64,000 nt of DNA from Chrysomallon squamiferum (GCA_012295275.1 CM022674.1:7936001-8000000); one strand, 5' to 3'. Numbered from the stretch's first letter, positions 12,634-51,342 are shown. Numbers and translations are program-made. The notes: generated from the sequence alone by a model not told the origin.

Positions 12634-15600
12634 GTTTAAATGGTTTTTATAAGAATCAGAGGTTGAATATTTTATTTTGAGTTAAATAAAATTAACATAT
12701 CAGTGAAACAAATCTGGAAATCTTGGCATAATAAGCTCCACAAGTTCTACAAACATTCCAAAGAATTCCAAGAATTCTCTAACTTTTTCCTGTAAATTGA
12801 CCAACTTTGTAGACATTCCAAGAAGCAAGAGGAGAACATTTCTGAGAATGGAACAAATGAAAAGTTTTCTTTGATGTTTTTGTTAGGAACGAGAACAAGT
12901 GAAGTCTGTGAAATAACATTCTGTTGAACTGTTTTACATCTAAAAAACACAGGAGATGAAGATTTGACTGTAAACTGTATTATGTTACTCTGTGTTCAGC
13001 ATTATCTATTTTAAATATCTTATAGCTACAAATGTGTCTTTTAATTTTAATGTTTGTAGCAGTAATAATTTTAGAAGTGATTTAATGGAAATTAAATAAT
13101 GTATCATAAAATCAGATTATCAATGTATATATAAATAATAATTATTGCAAGAATATAAAAAATATATACTTGTACACACACACACATATGTATGAATTTT
13201 TTGTTGCATTGTGAAAGAATAAAAATTAAAAAAAGATTAAAAATAAAGAAGAAATTAATAATGGAAATTGAAAATAAATAAGGTTGTTATTCTAAAAGTT
13301 ACTGAATTATTGTTGAATTAAAGACTTCAACTAAATTTAAAAGAAAAAAATTAAATATTTTTATATTAAAACAAGGATTGCTAATTGTGAATTAAACAGC
13401 TAGGTCAGATATAATTATTGTCCAAGATTGTTTATATAATCCACATAAACTCTAGAGGTTGACTAAATTAATCTATTTTTATGTATTAATAAAATATAAA
13501 GGAAAACATTGAATTTATTTAAATTACTGTAATAAAATCATCTGTAATGAGTAATATGTAAATACTGTGTATGTGTAATTATTGAATAAAGTGTGTAAAA
13601 ATTATGAATACGCATAATGGTGCACCTTAGTGGTGGAAATGACATGTACAGAAAATGATTAATGAGTATTTTTTCAGTTCAGTGACATAGCTATGACAGT
13701 TAGTCTAGTGTTCTGAATGTATCTTATCTGATTTCAAAAGATTTTCTTTTAACCTCAGAATTTTCAAAATATCTAAAAATCAAACAAAAACAGCATTTAA
13801 TTACAAAACTCTTAGGGATAATAAACATTTGATACCTCAAAAAGACAAAATAAAAGTCATCATTTTGTCCTCTAATCTGTTAAAAAGTCAAAACTTTTTA
13901 AATATTCCATAATTACAAACTGCCTTGTTGACCAATTGGCTGCAAGTTAACAAAATGAAGTGTTATTTCAGTTGCCATGACACTGTGATCCAAACTTGTG
14001 ATTTGATTGGTTCAGACATTTAGTATTTATTGTTGATTGCAAGTTTGTAATTATAATTTGTACATTGTGTATTATAAACATCATTTTACATGTATAGTAT
14101 ATTGATATGTCCACAAGATACAAACAAGCATGTAGTTGACATGTGTTTCCTATGTTTGAGCCCTGTATGCTTATAGTAGACGTATCTTGGTCAGCTGAAA
14201 CATTATACTGATAATTACTGCTGAATATTAATTCAACTTTTATATAAACTGTAATATTATTACCCTTCATATTTTCTTAACTATCAGTTTTTGGCCATGT
14301 TAAAACAGAATTCTCATTAAATTACAAAGTTTGAGATTACAAATGTTTCAAGAGTAAATTGCTTCCCCTTTTACTAGTAATGATATCAAATTTGATTTTG
14401 GCTTTTAGCAATGAAAACTAATTTTTTTAATCTAATTTAAAATTCAAATTCTTAAACAAAGAAGTTTTGGCTTTAGAAAATTTTATAAAAAATATTCTCA
14501 CTAATAACTGATAAAAATAAAAATATATAAATAAATAAAATTGATAAAAGAACAACAATAAAGTAATATTGTCATTAAAATGTCTTGAGGAATAATTAAA
14601 AGGTTTATTCTATTATTATTTTTATATAATTATTGAATATTTAGTAATATTTAACATAGTTGTTTATATAATGAACATATACACTGTATTATTCTAAAAT
14701 ATATAAATAATTGTAGGTAAATGAAAATTAAATCATGTATTATGCTGACCAGTCATAACTCTATATGTAATATCAGTTGTTATGTAATAGAGGGCTGTAA
14801 ACATACAATGGATATTGTACACGCTACATAGAAAATATTACCCAGAATTTAGTGCTTGTGTTTTAACTATAGTTGACCTGATTGTTCTTTTTTAACCAAT
14901 ATTATTTTTTAAAATGCAGTATGTATTTTATATTATCTGTATAATTTTAGTGTGATATTAAAACTTCTGATACTTTCAGTTGTTTCACTTCCCTGCATTA
15001 TTGTTTTCATGAAGAATTTCTGTATAATCATGATCAAGTGAATAAATGTGAATCAGTTGTGTTTGATATTTCATTACATAAGTCATTGAAGATATTTAAC
15101 AGAAATGTTCACATATATATAAAATTAATGAGAGTAATTTAATATGTCTTTTCCCCATCAGGCAAGGATATAAATTTTAAAATGAAAATATTACAAAAAA
15201 GACACTCCTGAAGATTTACAGAGATAAAACACAATTAGTGTTCTTAATAGTGCTGTACTTTAAAAACCTAAATTTTTCTTTAAATTATTAATTAAAAATT
15301 GAATTAAGTTCTCTAAATATAGAAGTGAATTAAAAAATTTCTTAGCAAAAAGATAAAAACAATCTAGTACTGAAGATAGTATTGCTGCAGATTTATTACA
15401 TAGGTATTTTTAAAAAAAAATAATTTCAAGGTTGATAAAAAAAAAGATTTTAATCAGAATGTTAGTTTAGACATCAAATACTCATATGGTATCAGAGAAG
15501 ATTAAAATGTTTTGATATTTTAAATTTATTTTAATCACATTATATTGTAATTAAAAAAATTAAGAACTAGTCTAATAAAGTATTAAAGTATTTAAGAAAG

Positions 15601-16675
15601 ATAGAATAAACCAAACCACTGTTCTTACCTCTCACAAAGAAAACCATGATTAATCAGCTGTTTACATTCAGATTTACCTGACCTCCATACACCTGCATTT
15701 TTACCTGATAAGGTTGTGAATTTATATAAATATATATATATATATATTGTTATATGTACATTTGTCTGTAGTCTTTGTTCTTCACACTTAAATAAAATAA
15801 TATTAATAAGTTGTTTGTTCACATTTTTATTTTCATATTACAGCATACAATAACCAAATTACTTTTATTAACAATGAGATTATTGTGAAAACAAATTTAT
15901 TTTACTGAAGGGTATCAGGTCCTGTGATGTTTCAAAAAATATTCTAATAACAGAAAAATCAAGATATTTCAAGAACCAAAAAAAGGAAAAAAAAAAAAAA
16001 CATTCATAAAAATAAAAGGTTAATTATACAACTTTAAAAAAAAAAAGAATTGTTTGGAAGCTATATGGATACATGTATTAACACAGAAAAAAAAAAACAC
16101 TGCACATTCTAATTTTTTAATTTTCATATATGTAAAATATATTTTAGTGAAAGAATGGGAAAGAAAAACTTTTTGGGGTTGATCATATAGAAAAGAAAAA
16201 AAATATGATGAATACATTTTGTAGATATATATGAAAAAAATGGGTACCTAAAAGAACAAAATTAGCATATGGAAGTCTGAAAAAAAATATTTTCTGAATA
16301 TAGATTTTGCAATGAATTTCTTTGTGCACTTTTGTCCCATATTAATAATATAATAATTATATAATACAAATGGCAGACAATAACAGGAAAATAGAACATG
16401 GATTTCAGCTACTGTATGAAACAATGTTAGTTGACTAAGGATTAGATTAATGAGAATGGACTTTCCAAATACCAGTATTTTATTTTCAATACACATAAAA
16501 AATATTTATTTGAAAAAGCAGACAATAAAAAGATGTATTATTTCTAAAATAATCATAAAAGTTTCAATAATGCATGAAAATGATGATCTGATCATAAACG
16601 AAATTTAGATGGATATAATGTTCAAAAATGAACAGTGACAGAAAAGTGTAATTTAATAATGTGTATAAGAAGTCA

Positions 16676-16920
16676 ACAACATGATAACATGAACACTTAT
16701 TTTTCCAAATATTCATATTTTCATCAACATGATAGAGAACACTTGTTTAAATCTTATTTTCCAAATATTGAGATTTTCATCAACATGCGCAAAAGTGATT
16801 TTCCAAATGTTGATATTTTTGTCAACATGATTAAGAACACTTGTTACAAATCTTATTGATATTTTCATCAACACTTATTTCAAAACATTGATGTTATCGT
16901 CAACAAGCTCAAACAGAACA
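16676..16920 (-). repeat. Degenerate ~45-57 bp tandem copies of the ANKRD49 terminal codons and stop, lying in its 3' UTR
   Basis: The + strand cttatttcaaaacattgatgttatcgtcaaca (16874; stop plus last codons) is echoed at ~16697, ~16753, ~16796 and ~16852 (e.g. cttattttccaaatattgagattttcatcaaca). Confidence 0.7.
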
Positions 16921-18828
16921 TGCAGGTTGTTAGTCCTCTCACAGATTTGTTTGGCTGTTTCTCCAAGCTGTGTTTTGATACTCGTGTCCACTGAGCGGTT
17001 CATTAACAGTAGCTCCAGAATCTCGCGACTGTCTCTCTCCGAGGCTGCCAGGTGCAGGGGGGTCAACCCCCCTTGAGTCCTTGAGTTGATGTCTGCCCCG
17101 CTGCTGATGAGCACTGAGGCTGCTGAGGCTGAGTTCCAGCGACTCGCGCTGTGCAGTGGATACCAGCCATCTATTGTGCGGGCGTTGACGTCTGCACCAT
17201 TCATCAACAGAAACTTGCATTTTTGAAAGAAGAAAATAATAAAATTAAGTTTAATTCACAGTGTTAAAGTTTTCTTTTTTTAAATATATTTAATTAACTA
17301 CTATAAAAAAATATAGAATCTTTTATGCAAATTTTATGTGCGAGTATTAAAATGTTCCTATTAATGTTACAAATACTTGAATTTAAACAAACAAGTGTTT
17401 TTATCTCACATCATAATAATAAACCAGTTAAACTATTTTTATTTATATAACCTATTAGTATTATCATCCATAAAAGAGATCAAAAGAAGCAGATTTAATG
17501 ACATTAAAATTACCATTAATTCTAATAATTTATAAACCAATTAAATCCTTGGTTCATGACAATAAACACCTAGGCTACAATCCAAAAAACCCACAAACAG
17601 TTGGAGATTAAATAACAATTTACTTTTTATTTTTAGTTGTAAAGTTAATATCTGCTGTATAGCATATAGGTATAATACAAGCATCAATGTGAAAACCTCT
17701 GTTATCAAGTGAAAATAAAACCAGAAAACTGTCTAAATATTTTGATCCCATGCTTCTGCACAGAGTTCATTTTCATGTTATCACAAGTGCTAAAAAGTTT
17801 TAAAATTCTGATCACATATTATTAAACACGTCTCAAAGTGCACATTTAACTGTTTTTATTCTGCTGGTATTCTAGTATTCTTGTATATTAACAACATTAG
17901 CATTATCATTAACACATAATTTATAAAGAAAAAAAATCAGTATTATTTTATTTTTATTTTATGCGTGTGTAAAATGGTGTTAAAATTAAAACTACCTCGA
18001 CCATGTCAGCGTGGTCGTTGTACGAGGCTCGGTGTAGAGGTGTGTACTGGTCATTGTCTCTCGAGTTGACCAGGCCAGGTTGCTGTGCTAACAGAGACTG
18101 GACAATGTTCATGTAATTCTTTTCTGCAGCTGTTAGTATTCGTTTGGCTGGATCGCCTGGTTGAAAAAATTATACACATATATATATTTGTTTTTAAAAT
18201 AATCAAATACTGTATAGATACATGAGTGCAAATAAATTGTATTATTATTATTAATATTATTATTTATTTATTTATTTATTCAACAATTACCTTCAAACTC
18301 TTGCTGTGTGAATTCATCTACATCATCGTCATCGTCCTCCCAGTAGCTGTTGAACTTATTTGGTTCTCCTCTCTTAGCCTGAAGAATCTGCAAAGATAGC
18401 AAATATTATTATCATTTTACTTCAGCCATTTTGAAAATAAACCTTAAATTATTTATCTTAATAATTCCCTTGTTAATAATAACAAAACGAACAGATTAAG
18501 TGATTAACATGACCTACTATTACTATTACTAATATTTATTATAATACTTTAATAGTAAATAATATTAGTTTTGGTGCTACCAATCTAGATATTAATATTA
18601 TCAACTTTAACATCGCTAAAATAAATTATACAACTGTACTATTAATTTATAAATTATAATTATTACAAATTAGAAGTTTCAAAACTGTAAGTTAGATTTT
18701 ACTTCTGCTTCTAGTTCTAGTCTAGTATGAACTGATTGACTTCAGCCTACCTGTGCAAATAATTCGGCATTGACATTATTTTGTTCTCTTTCAGGGTAAC
18801 CATCACTTTGATCGTCCAGTTCTGCCAT
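16875..18828 (-). CDS. ANKRD49: Ankyrin repeat domain-containing protein 49. Exons (5' to 3'): 18828-18751, 18387-18291, 18156-17996, 17213-16875
   Basis: Acidic N-terminus with YWEDDDDD, then DPAKRILTAAEKN, RDNDQYTPLHRASYNDH, GADVNARTIDGWYPLHSASRWN and GLTPLHLAASERDSREILELLLMNR, which closely follow ANKRD49. Phases are consistent. The last acceptor is AAG. Confidence 0.9.
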
Positions 18829-19316
18829 CAAGTAAATACGAATTAATGATGTGTATAAAAGAGACAAAAACAAAAAATACTGCGGTTTAGCGCATTTACT
18901 TGCGTCTTTAATCAGTTGGAAATGTTCTCTGTTTACCGCGGATACACTCTTTTGGTTTGAAGTTAAAAATATTAAAACTTCCGCTTTCGTTTTGGACAGG
19001 TGCGTGCAGCATTTATTCCCAGTAAACAACTTCTTTCAAAAGATTTTTATTAAACATGTACATTCGAAATTTAAACCAGGTATTTAGAACGTTACCGACA
19101 TAACATGTGTGTCCATATTTAACATGTTTTGTACTTTTGCCGAGTTGTTTTGATTGTTGTTTGTTGAACAACGAGATCAATCTTCAAAAAATTGAAAAGT
19201 CAAGCCGTATTTAAGTAATTTGTTTTATTTTTTAGGAACAAAATGGCAGTATTTTCAGAATGCCAGTTAATTAATTTCTCAAACATACTGTTGATATTCA
19301 TATTCCGCATACACAA
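18829..19316. promoter_or_regulatory. Probable bidirectional promoter shared by ANKRD49 and PIGA
   Basis: The divergent start codons are only ~490 bp apart. The interval is locally CpG-rich relative to flanking introns and has an ETS-like acttccgc at ~18977. Confidence 0.65.
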
Positions 19317-19888
19317 ATGAAGAGAACGCACAGAATATGGTTTGTATTCATAACCAAAAAAACCCAACAAATTTGGTATTTCATAGAATACATTTTATTT
19401 TTTGTTTTTTGTTTTTTGTTGGGGGGCTAATGATCAAGATCTACTGTACTGAGAATTGTTATAATTGTATTACAAATTGTAATAATTAAGGTACATACAT
19501 ACATACTGTATGTAATTATATTAAATGTAGGAACATTTAAAAACCTAACTATGACAATAATAAATAAATTAATAAATGCCTCAAAAAATTATTACAGTAG
19601 AACTTAAAACATGATTTTGAATGAATGTTTCAGCATGGTGTCAGACTTTTTCTACCCAAACATGGGCGGTGTGGAGAGTCACATTTATCAACTGTCGCAG
19701 TGTCTGCTGGAGCGTGGCTACAAGGTGATTGTCGTGACACATTACTACAACAACAGACATGGAGTCAGGTACCTGTCCAGCGGCTTAAAAGTGAGTTCAC
19801 AGTTTAATATATAACACTTTTAAAAGAAAACAACAATCCAAAATTTTATACATTTGATAATCTGGGATGAATAATTTTTGTTTCTGCA

Positions 19889-19927
<39 letters not shown>

Positions 19928-20597
19928 ATTTATGTGTTTTTGTATTTCTTAACTCTTATGGTTTGCTCTGTGTTCATTTATTAATAATAATACTGTATTT
20001 TCTTATTGACAATGTATTATAATCTGAATAAAATAAGTAGATTAAAAAATTGGTTTTAAAAATCAAATTTTGTATTTTTTAACCAAATTGTTGTGTTTCT
20101 AAAAACTAAAATTAAACAGTAAATCAGATTCTCTTTGTTTAAAATATACTTCCAGGTATACTATCTACCTTTTCCACCATTTTACAATCAGTGTGTGTTA
20201 CCAACCATTTTCACAACATTCCCTCTGCTACGCAACATTTTCATTAGAGAGAGAATCACTATAGTTCATGGACACTCAGTTTGTATATTCTCACATGAAG
20301 TTGTAGTTTTTAAAATAGTTTTATTTATAAACAGATATTTTAAATGTAACTATAAATATTTCAACATATTTCTCTTTTCAGTATTTCACTAATATTTAAA
20401 GAATGTTTGTAATTAGCTTAGCTATTTGGTCTTACCCAGTCTTATCTTCAGTTTCAGATATATGTCATACCTAAATATTGTTACATCTGACTTAATGTGG
20501 TCACCCATGATTTAATATAATTACACAATATTATCATTAATTTAGATTCTTAAAGCTTTTTCTTTCACCTAAATTTCTAATCAGGTCTTAAATTTGG

Positions 20598-20637
<40 letters not shown>

Positions 20638-23600
20638 ATAAATATATTTTAATGTGGAATATAGTTTATAAACATTGTTAGAAACAAATCTTAATTTAAA
20701 AATATACCTCAAAATTTGCAATTTACATTAGTTTCAAGAGAAAACATATGAATAAGAAAAAAAAAAAATCTACAGATCAGTTAATCTCAGGAAACTAATG
20801 ATGAGTATTAATTATTATTTGAAAAATGTATTTGTTCTTACAGGCTTTTTCAACACTTGCTCATGAAGCCATGTTCCATGCAAGAACAATGGGAATCAAA
20901 ACTGTGTTCACTGATCATTCACTGTTTGGCTTTGCAGACGCCAGTTCAATCATTACAAACAAAGTGCTCAAATTTTCATTAGCCGATTGTAATCATGCCA
21001 TCTGTGTTTCACATACAAGGTTTGTAGTTACTGTTCTTGCAGACAAATAAGATGTTAAATGAAAATATTTGAAAAAACTAATAAGAAGAATAACCCATAA
21101 ATATTCACCCACACCAGTTGATGTGTTGGATTATGAATTTTATATGCAGAACTTACACTTTCAGAGAAAGCAAATACATTCATTCACTGTAATTTATATA
21201 AATGTGTATGTGTGCTTTTATGATTTTCTTTTCTCTGATCTGTTATCCATTTAGTCTCTTTGTGAATAAATATAGATATAGATATATATATAAAACTGTA
21301 GTTGTTTTTCACTGTAGAGATAACTACTTAATAGATTATGGAATCTCACATTTTTAGTATTATTAAAAAAAATATTTTGCTCACCATCTTTAAATGTTTC
21401 AAGCACATATAATTAATTGAAGATCAATATTAATTGAATTCTTAAAGGCTGTTTTATCTTCTCTTATAATAAAAATCTATTTTTAGTAAGGAAAACACAG
21501 TTTTGCGAGGGCGAATCAAACCTGAAGCTGTTTCAGTGATTCCCAATGCTGTTGATTCTACCATGTTTATACCAGACCCTTCAAAGAGAAAACCAAATCA
21601 AAGTAAGTCTTGTTTTATATCTTCACGAAGGTACGAAGAGGTGAACGAATCAGCTTTTTCTTTTTATATATTAAACAATGTATAGCATTAACAACACTCT
21701 TTAAGTGGCCTTGTTTTATTAATGTTATATTTGAAGATCAGCTAAGGTTAGCCTACTAATAAAATAACACATTTACCTGAAAGTAAAACTATATATCACT
21801 ATCTATTTATCTAACTTTATATCTGTATCTATATCTATCTATCTATCTATCTGTCTGTCTATATAATTTATTTAGAAGTAATTGTTTTCTTAAAATAACC
21901 AGTCTGTTGTTATTTAACATGTGTGATAAGTAGATGTATTGTATTCCAGTAACTATAATAGTGGTGAGCAGACTGGTTTATAGAAAGGGGATGGACCTGC
22001 TGGCAGCCATTATACCAGAAATAACTTCCAGACACCCAGATGTCAACTTTATTATAGGTATATAGAAAATTAGAAAATATACTTTATAATACTGTTAACT
22101 GATCAATATATTTCTGATATAAGTTTATTTATAATGTGAATCGTTTTGTATTTATTATTAGTTTTGGGTTTTGCAGTTATAATTGTACTTGTAGCATATG
22201 AATAGATAAGAAAACAAAATCAGTTTATTAAATATTTGAAATTATTAAAAAAAAGAGGTTTCCCACAAGTTGTGATTGATGATCTCTGCCAATAAGAAGA
22301 TTAATTTAAAACAAGTTTTTTTTTTTTTAAAGAAAAGGATTTTAAGATATTGTTTTCTGACATCTAAGTGAAAGAATGATGATATAGTTATGCTCAGTTT
22401 GCCACTAATTTTTCATTAATGTTCTGATATTACAGGAGGTGATGGGCCAAAAAGGATTATACTAGAAGAAGTCAGAGAGCAGTATCAACTTCTAGACAAA
22501 GTCCAGTTACTTGGTTCTCTGAAACATGATCAAGTTAGAGATGTGAGTTAATTTTAATGTGTAAATGTATTATTTTTTTATTTATTTAAAAAAACAAACA
22601 AATATGTCTCTTAGAGTTCAGAGCCTTCCACGGAGATCAGATGGTTCAAAAGTGCCTCTTTATCTGCTGTTTGATTTTTGTTTCATTCCAGCCATCAAAG
22701 TTGATGCATTAAAGTCTGTTTATAGCAGAATTTCTGAAAACCAATGACTCCAAACTTGTTAGAACATATGGTCATAGCACAGACATATATCTGTGTTTCA
22801 GTCAACCTGCCTCACAACCCTTAGAGTCAAGTCTGTTTTTGATGGCCATTCATCACTAGTCTAGTGATGACATCAGTCACATTTGGTACATCATGCTGCT
22901 TATTGATAACGAAAGCTCACATTTTATGAAGAAAATATTAACAAACAAACAAGTAAATTGTGGTAGTAAGACTATTAATATTAAAATGGATGCTGTTTCT
23001 ACATTTATTTCTAAACTGATACATACATCTCTGATAATTTACCCAACTATTATATATTTGTAAGTTTATTTAGATACAACATTTTTACCATTTTTGGTTT
23101 TATTCTTGTAGGTTTTAGTTCAAGGTGACATTTTACTGAATACCTCACTGACAGAAGCTTTCTGTATTGCTATTGTTGAAGCAGCCTGCTGTGGGTAAGT
23201 TGCCATTCAAAAAAAAAAAAAATGAAATAAATGTTTTATTAAAATGTAGAATTAAATATGGGCCAATTCAATGTGAGGGTATGAACACTAAAACAGTCAC
23301 TGATTTTAGTTAAAATTTAAATAGTGGGATATTCTCTGTTTGTCTTAGATGTTCAGATGCAATACTAAGTGACAGCAATTACATTTTGTTTGTTTCTAGA
23401 CTGCAGGTTGTTAGTACCAGAGTTGGAGGTGTTGCAGAGGTTTTACCACCAAATTTAATATACTTAGCAGAACCCAGTGTCAAAGGTCAGTAGTAGTAGA
23501 AATAATATTTATGTGGAATGTGTTTTTGGATGTTTGTGGTTTCTGTAAGTTCTTATTGTCATTGACCTTGTATTCGCCATCTCTCTCTCTGCATAAATAC

Positions 23601-24660
23601 ATATATATATATATATATATATCTTTCTTACAGCTTTGCTGGTTGAACTGGAGAGAGCAATTGCAGATCATAGGAGTGGAAATGTAGTTGATCCTTACGA
23701 GGCTCACAAAATGATAGCTAGTTTGTACAGCTGGCGAAATGTGGCAGTGAGAACAGAGAAAGTTTACAACTCAGTTTTTCTTGAACCGGAAAGAGATCTT
23801 GCAGAGAGGTTACAGAGGTCAAATCTTACATTATTTATTGATCTGAGATAGATTTAGTGTACAGCCAAATTATACAACTTGTTCTGAAATTGTGCATTAA
23901 GAATTTGCATTTCTGTATAAAATATAATATACATTTATTTAGAATGTTACAATGACATATTTATATATATATATATTGAAAACATAAATTATTTTGTTAA
24001 TTTATTATAAAATTAACTTTAATACATCTTTTATTAAGAATCTAAGATTATATTTTGCTCGTAAGCTAAAAAAAAGAAAATGTATTAAATTTCTGGTCTG
24101 TTTGAAATTTTTCAATTAGCATGAATTCTTGCACCATCACTGAGATTTCCTCAGCAATCTTTTTTACTGTGAGATAATTTTATAGAAATTATTATATTTA
24201 AATTTATGTATTGCAGGTATTACAGTTGTGGCCCAGTAGCAGGGAAACTCTTTGTAATAGTAACAGTTTTCAATCTATTTATTTTCACCATGCTGCAGTG
24301 GTTAATGCCTGAAGAGGTAATATATTAAAATACAACCCTGACATATATTTAAAAGTGTTTTAAATACAATGTTTTGGATAAAAAATAAAAAATAAATAAA
24401 TACATATTTTTCAAAACCTATAAATATATGTGTGTGTATATATTTTTTATTTTTTTATAGTTTTGGTATACTGATTATCTCAAAAACGAAAACTTCCAGT
24501 TTGAATATTGATAACAATTTAAAAATTTCAAATTTGTATGTATTTATAAACACTTAAACTCTTTTTCTTTCTCTCTTGGCAGAAAATAGAATCAGCTCCT
24601 GACTTTCCATTAGAGAGTGTCAGAGATACAAGAAACGCAACAAATGTTAAAAAGGTCTGA
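19317..24660 (+). CDS. PIGA: Phosphatidylinositol N-acetylglucosaminyltransferase subunit A. Exons: 19317-19339, 19634-19790, 20156-20278, 20844-21019, 21487-21602, 21950-22057, 22436-22542, 23112-23194, 23400-23485, 23634-23817, 24217-24316, 24583-24660
   Basis: [90 protein letters not shown], and a C-terminal TM after CGPVAGKLF. All introns GT-AG and in phase. Confidence 0.97.
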
Positions 24661-25459
24661 CATACCGTAAACTGAAATAAAATTGCAGTGCACTTAAATA
24701 TCAGAGAGATGAATTCTAACAATTATTATTTTGCAGTGTATTGTGATAAATATGGAATCTACTACTTTAATGAAAAAGATATAAAAACATGGAATTAATG
24801 CAAAACTGGAGATAAGGAACTGCATTCTACAGTCAGAGCTCTACTAATGATGGAGAATGCTGATAATTTTTATCCAAATTATGTTTGACACTAAACAGTG
24901 TGAAGAAGAATTTCACTGATATATTTTAACAGTTTTAGTCATGAATATCAAATTTACAAACAGTGGTTTCTGTCAGATCACATGGTAACTATTTAGGTTT
25001 CCTGTTTGGATCAAATATGAACATTTTAATTATAAAACTGATTACTTGTAATCACACACAGAAATTATCTGCAAACTGAGTTCCTGCTATGTTAATGTTT
25101 CAGGTAACCAGTGAAAAGTAATATATTTTTAAATAAACTTGAAAACTCAGGTTATTTGAATTCTTATTATTATAACAGGCTGTATTCAAACACATGATCA
25201 AACTCTATCACTCTCTCTAAATCAAAGTAAAATAACAGTTGTTTCTCAGTCAGTTGTCAAACATATTCCTTTTAGTTTTAGTGAGAGCCGGTAGTATGCA
25301 AATTCAAAACAAAACACAAGATGTAAATATAATTTTATTTTTATACAGAACTTAATGTAAAAGCACATTTCTCTCAGTTCTTTATGTAATGAGACAAGCT
25401 AGGGGAAGTCTTTTACATATATAAAATGCTGTCTGAAGTTTAACCTAAAGAACTAAGTT

Positions 25460-48717
<23,258 letters not shown>

Positions 48718-50916
48718 CGTCCATTTGCACTTTATGAATTCTGCAAAAATCTGCCTTTGTTTTGTTGTTTTGTTTTTTGGTGTCTGTAAACGTCAGTACG
48801 TTCGTCTAATTCATCCTTTATTAAACAAAACTCCCCAAAAGGACCCTCAAAATAAAGTTTTAAGATGTATCATAAATATCAATCACACTCATTCATTCCT
48901 CATGCTGGCAGAAGGTAAAACGTGATACCAACAGACGTCACATCCTGTTTTAGAAGCGGGAAATAAGAGTGTCTTAATATTTTTATCATTTTAAGTGAAA
49001 AAAGAATAATAATATTTAAAAAATATAAATAAAATGATACTAATACTTACTAATACTGCTACTAACTACTACAACTACTATTATTACTATTACTACTACC
49101 ACTACTATTACTACTACTACGATAACTACTATTACTAGTATTACTACTACTGCTAATAATAATCATAATCAAAGAGGAAAATAAATTAAAAAACAAATGT
49201 AAGTATATATGTGTGTATACACACACACACATACACGCACACACACATAAAGAAGGAAAAGAAGAATTAAAATAATGTCGATCAAGTCTACAATATCCGC
49301 TTTAGAACTTTCTTTTTTTAAATTATAGAAATTTGGAGTTGAAAACAATAGCTGAATATTGCGATCATTTTGAGGAACTACTAGATGCTTTAAACTGCGT
49401 ATATATTATAATATAACGACAATACGGAAAACTTTAACACAACAAAATGAAGACTGAATCAATGACTAACATCATAATACAAATGTGGTATGTCTTGTAT
49501 TATTTGTTAATAATGGTAGTAGTAGCAGCAGCAACAGCAGCAGCAGCACCACCAGTAGTACTAGTAGTAGCAGCAGCAGCAACATAATTAATAATAATAA
49601 TAATAAATTGGATGATGATCGTTAGTTTTCGTGTAAATAATTTTTGTGTTCAATACATTTATTTATAACGCTATAACGTTTAATTAAGTAATAATTAAAC
49701 AATTAATCTTGTTACTTACTTAGTGTATATTTATAATATGTAATCAGATATTATCTGCCTTTGTGTGTTTATGTGTGTGTATTTGTGTGTATGTATGTGT
49801 ATGGTATGTGTGTTGTGTGTGTGTGTGTTTGTGTTTGTGTGAGTTTTGTGTGGGGGGTGTTTGTGTGTGGGGGTGTTTTTGTGAGAATGTGTTTGTATTT
49901 GTGTGTGTGGGGGTGTTTTTGTGAGTATGTGTTTGTATTTGTGTGTGTGTGTGTTTTACCATAATATCATATCATATACTGACTTAAAATGTTTAATTTT
50001 TTTACTACTGAATATGATTATTTAAAAAGGATTAGATTTGGATACACATATAAATGAATGTTTTAATTAATTTATGTCATATTGACTTGTAATGTTTTAT
50101 ATTGCAAGTAAAACAAATATACGTCAGAAAAAAACAAAAAATGTAGGCCTGTAGTTCATATATTGCTTTAGTTATTTGAAACCAGAAAACACTACAATGA
50201 AAAGCGCACTATATATTTTTAAACTAGTTCTTCTGAAAAGTAATAAATTATTGTTTCATTCCTTGTATTTTTCTTTAACAAGCGATGTAACCTCCATTTA
50301 ACGGACCATTTATTTGACGAAACACTTAAGCAAAATCTGTTAAATATACAAATTTGCTCTAATCTCCACTGACTGAATAAATTATTTCGCTTCTCACTAC
50401 ATGATTACAACAACAGCTGGATTAAAATGTTTTTATTTTATATGAAAAAATGATATAATTATTACTAATACGGGATTTTATTTTGTGTAATAATTTATTT
50501 TACCATTCTTATATCACTTTATACTTAGGAAGTAATCTTTCATTTATTGCGACCAATGATAAAAGTAGTATACTGTACAGAAAATATCAAATATATGTTT
50601 ACAAACAGGAGTTGTGGAGTAACATTTTAAAGTATCGATTATCTTTAACGTTTATAGTTTAAGTAATAAAAAGAAAACAAGATAAATAAATGAAGGGTAG
50701 ACTGTATCATAAACACTAATAGTATTGTGGATAAGATATATTATTAATATTGTATATATACCAAGCTTTCGAGCATGTGGTCGTTTTCACAGATATAATC
50801 ACAGCGGTATAACTGCCACTAAAAGAACCCAAAGCCAAATTTAATTTTAATATTTCCTTGTGCACAGACCACATTTGATTGAATCAGACGTAATATGAAA
50901 GACTCGCACAGGTTAC

Positions 50917-51063
50917 AAAATGGCCGCCTACAGATTAAAGATTATTGAGTTATTTGTTTTAAAAACATAACGCCTGCTTACGTCGCCGTTTGAAACAGTC
51001 TCTTGATCGATGTTTGTTCACCACATGATTATCTTGCAATGTCCGGTCTAATATGAATATAAA
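50917..51063 (+). promoter_or_regulatory. Candidate promoter of the small peptide gene: YY1-like site and TATA box
   Basis: aaaatggccgcc at 50917-50928 and TATAAA at 51058-51063, ~105 nt upstream of ATG 51169. Confidence 0.45.
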
Positions 51064-51168
51064 GATAGGAGCTATGGACAGTCTTGGACAAAGGGAATTG
51101 CACCCCGAAGTAAGCCGACATTGTATTATTACTGGAGTTGCAGCCGATTTCGACTGAAAGCCTGAAAT

Positions 51169-51306
51169 ATGAAGATTCCTGCTTTCTTTGCCTTTCTTTT
51201 CATCTGTAAGTTAACCGTCTAAATAACTTTATATATTTAATAATAATAATAATAATAATAAAAAAAATAATAATAATTAAAAAAAAACAATTACCAACGA
51301 ATTACA

Positions 51307-51342
<36 letters not shown>

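Noticed and set aside
11951-16675. Several 60-100 aa ORFs between agrin and ANKRD49
   Set aside because: AT-rich, no recognisable motifs or consistent splice chain. Best explained as convergent 3' UTRs and intergenic DNA.
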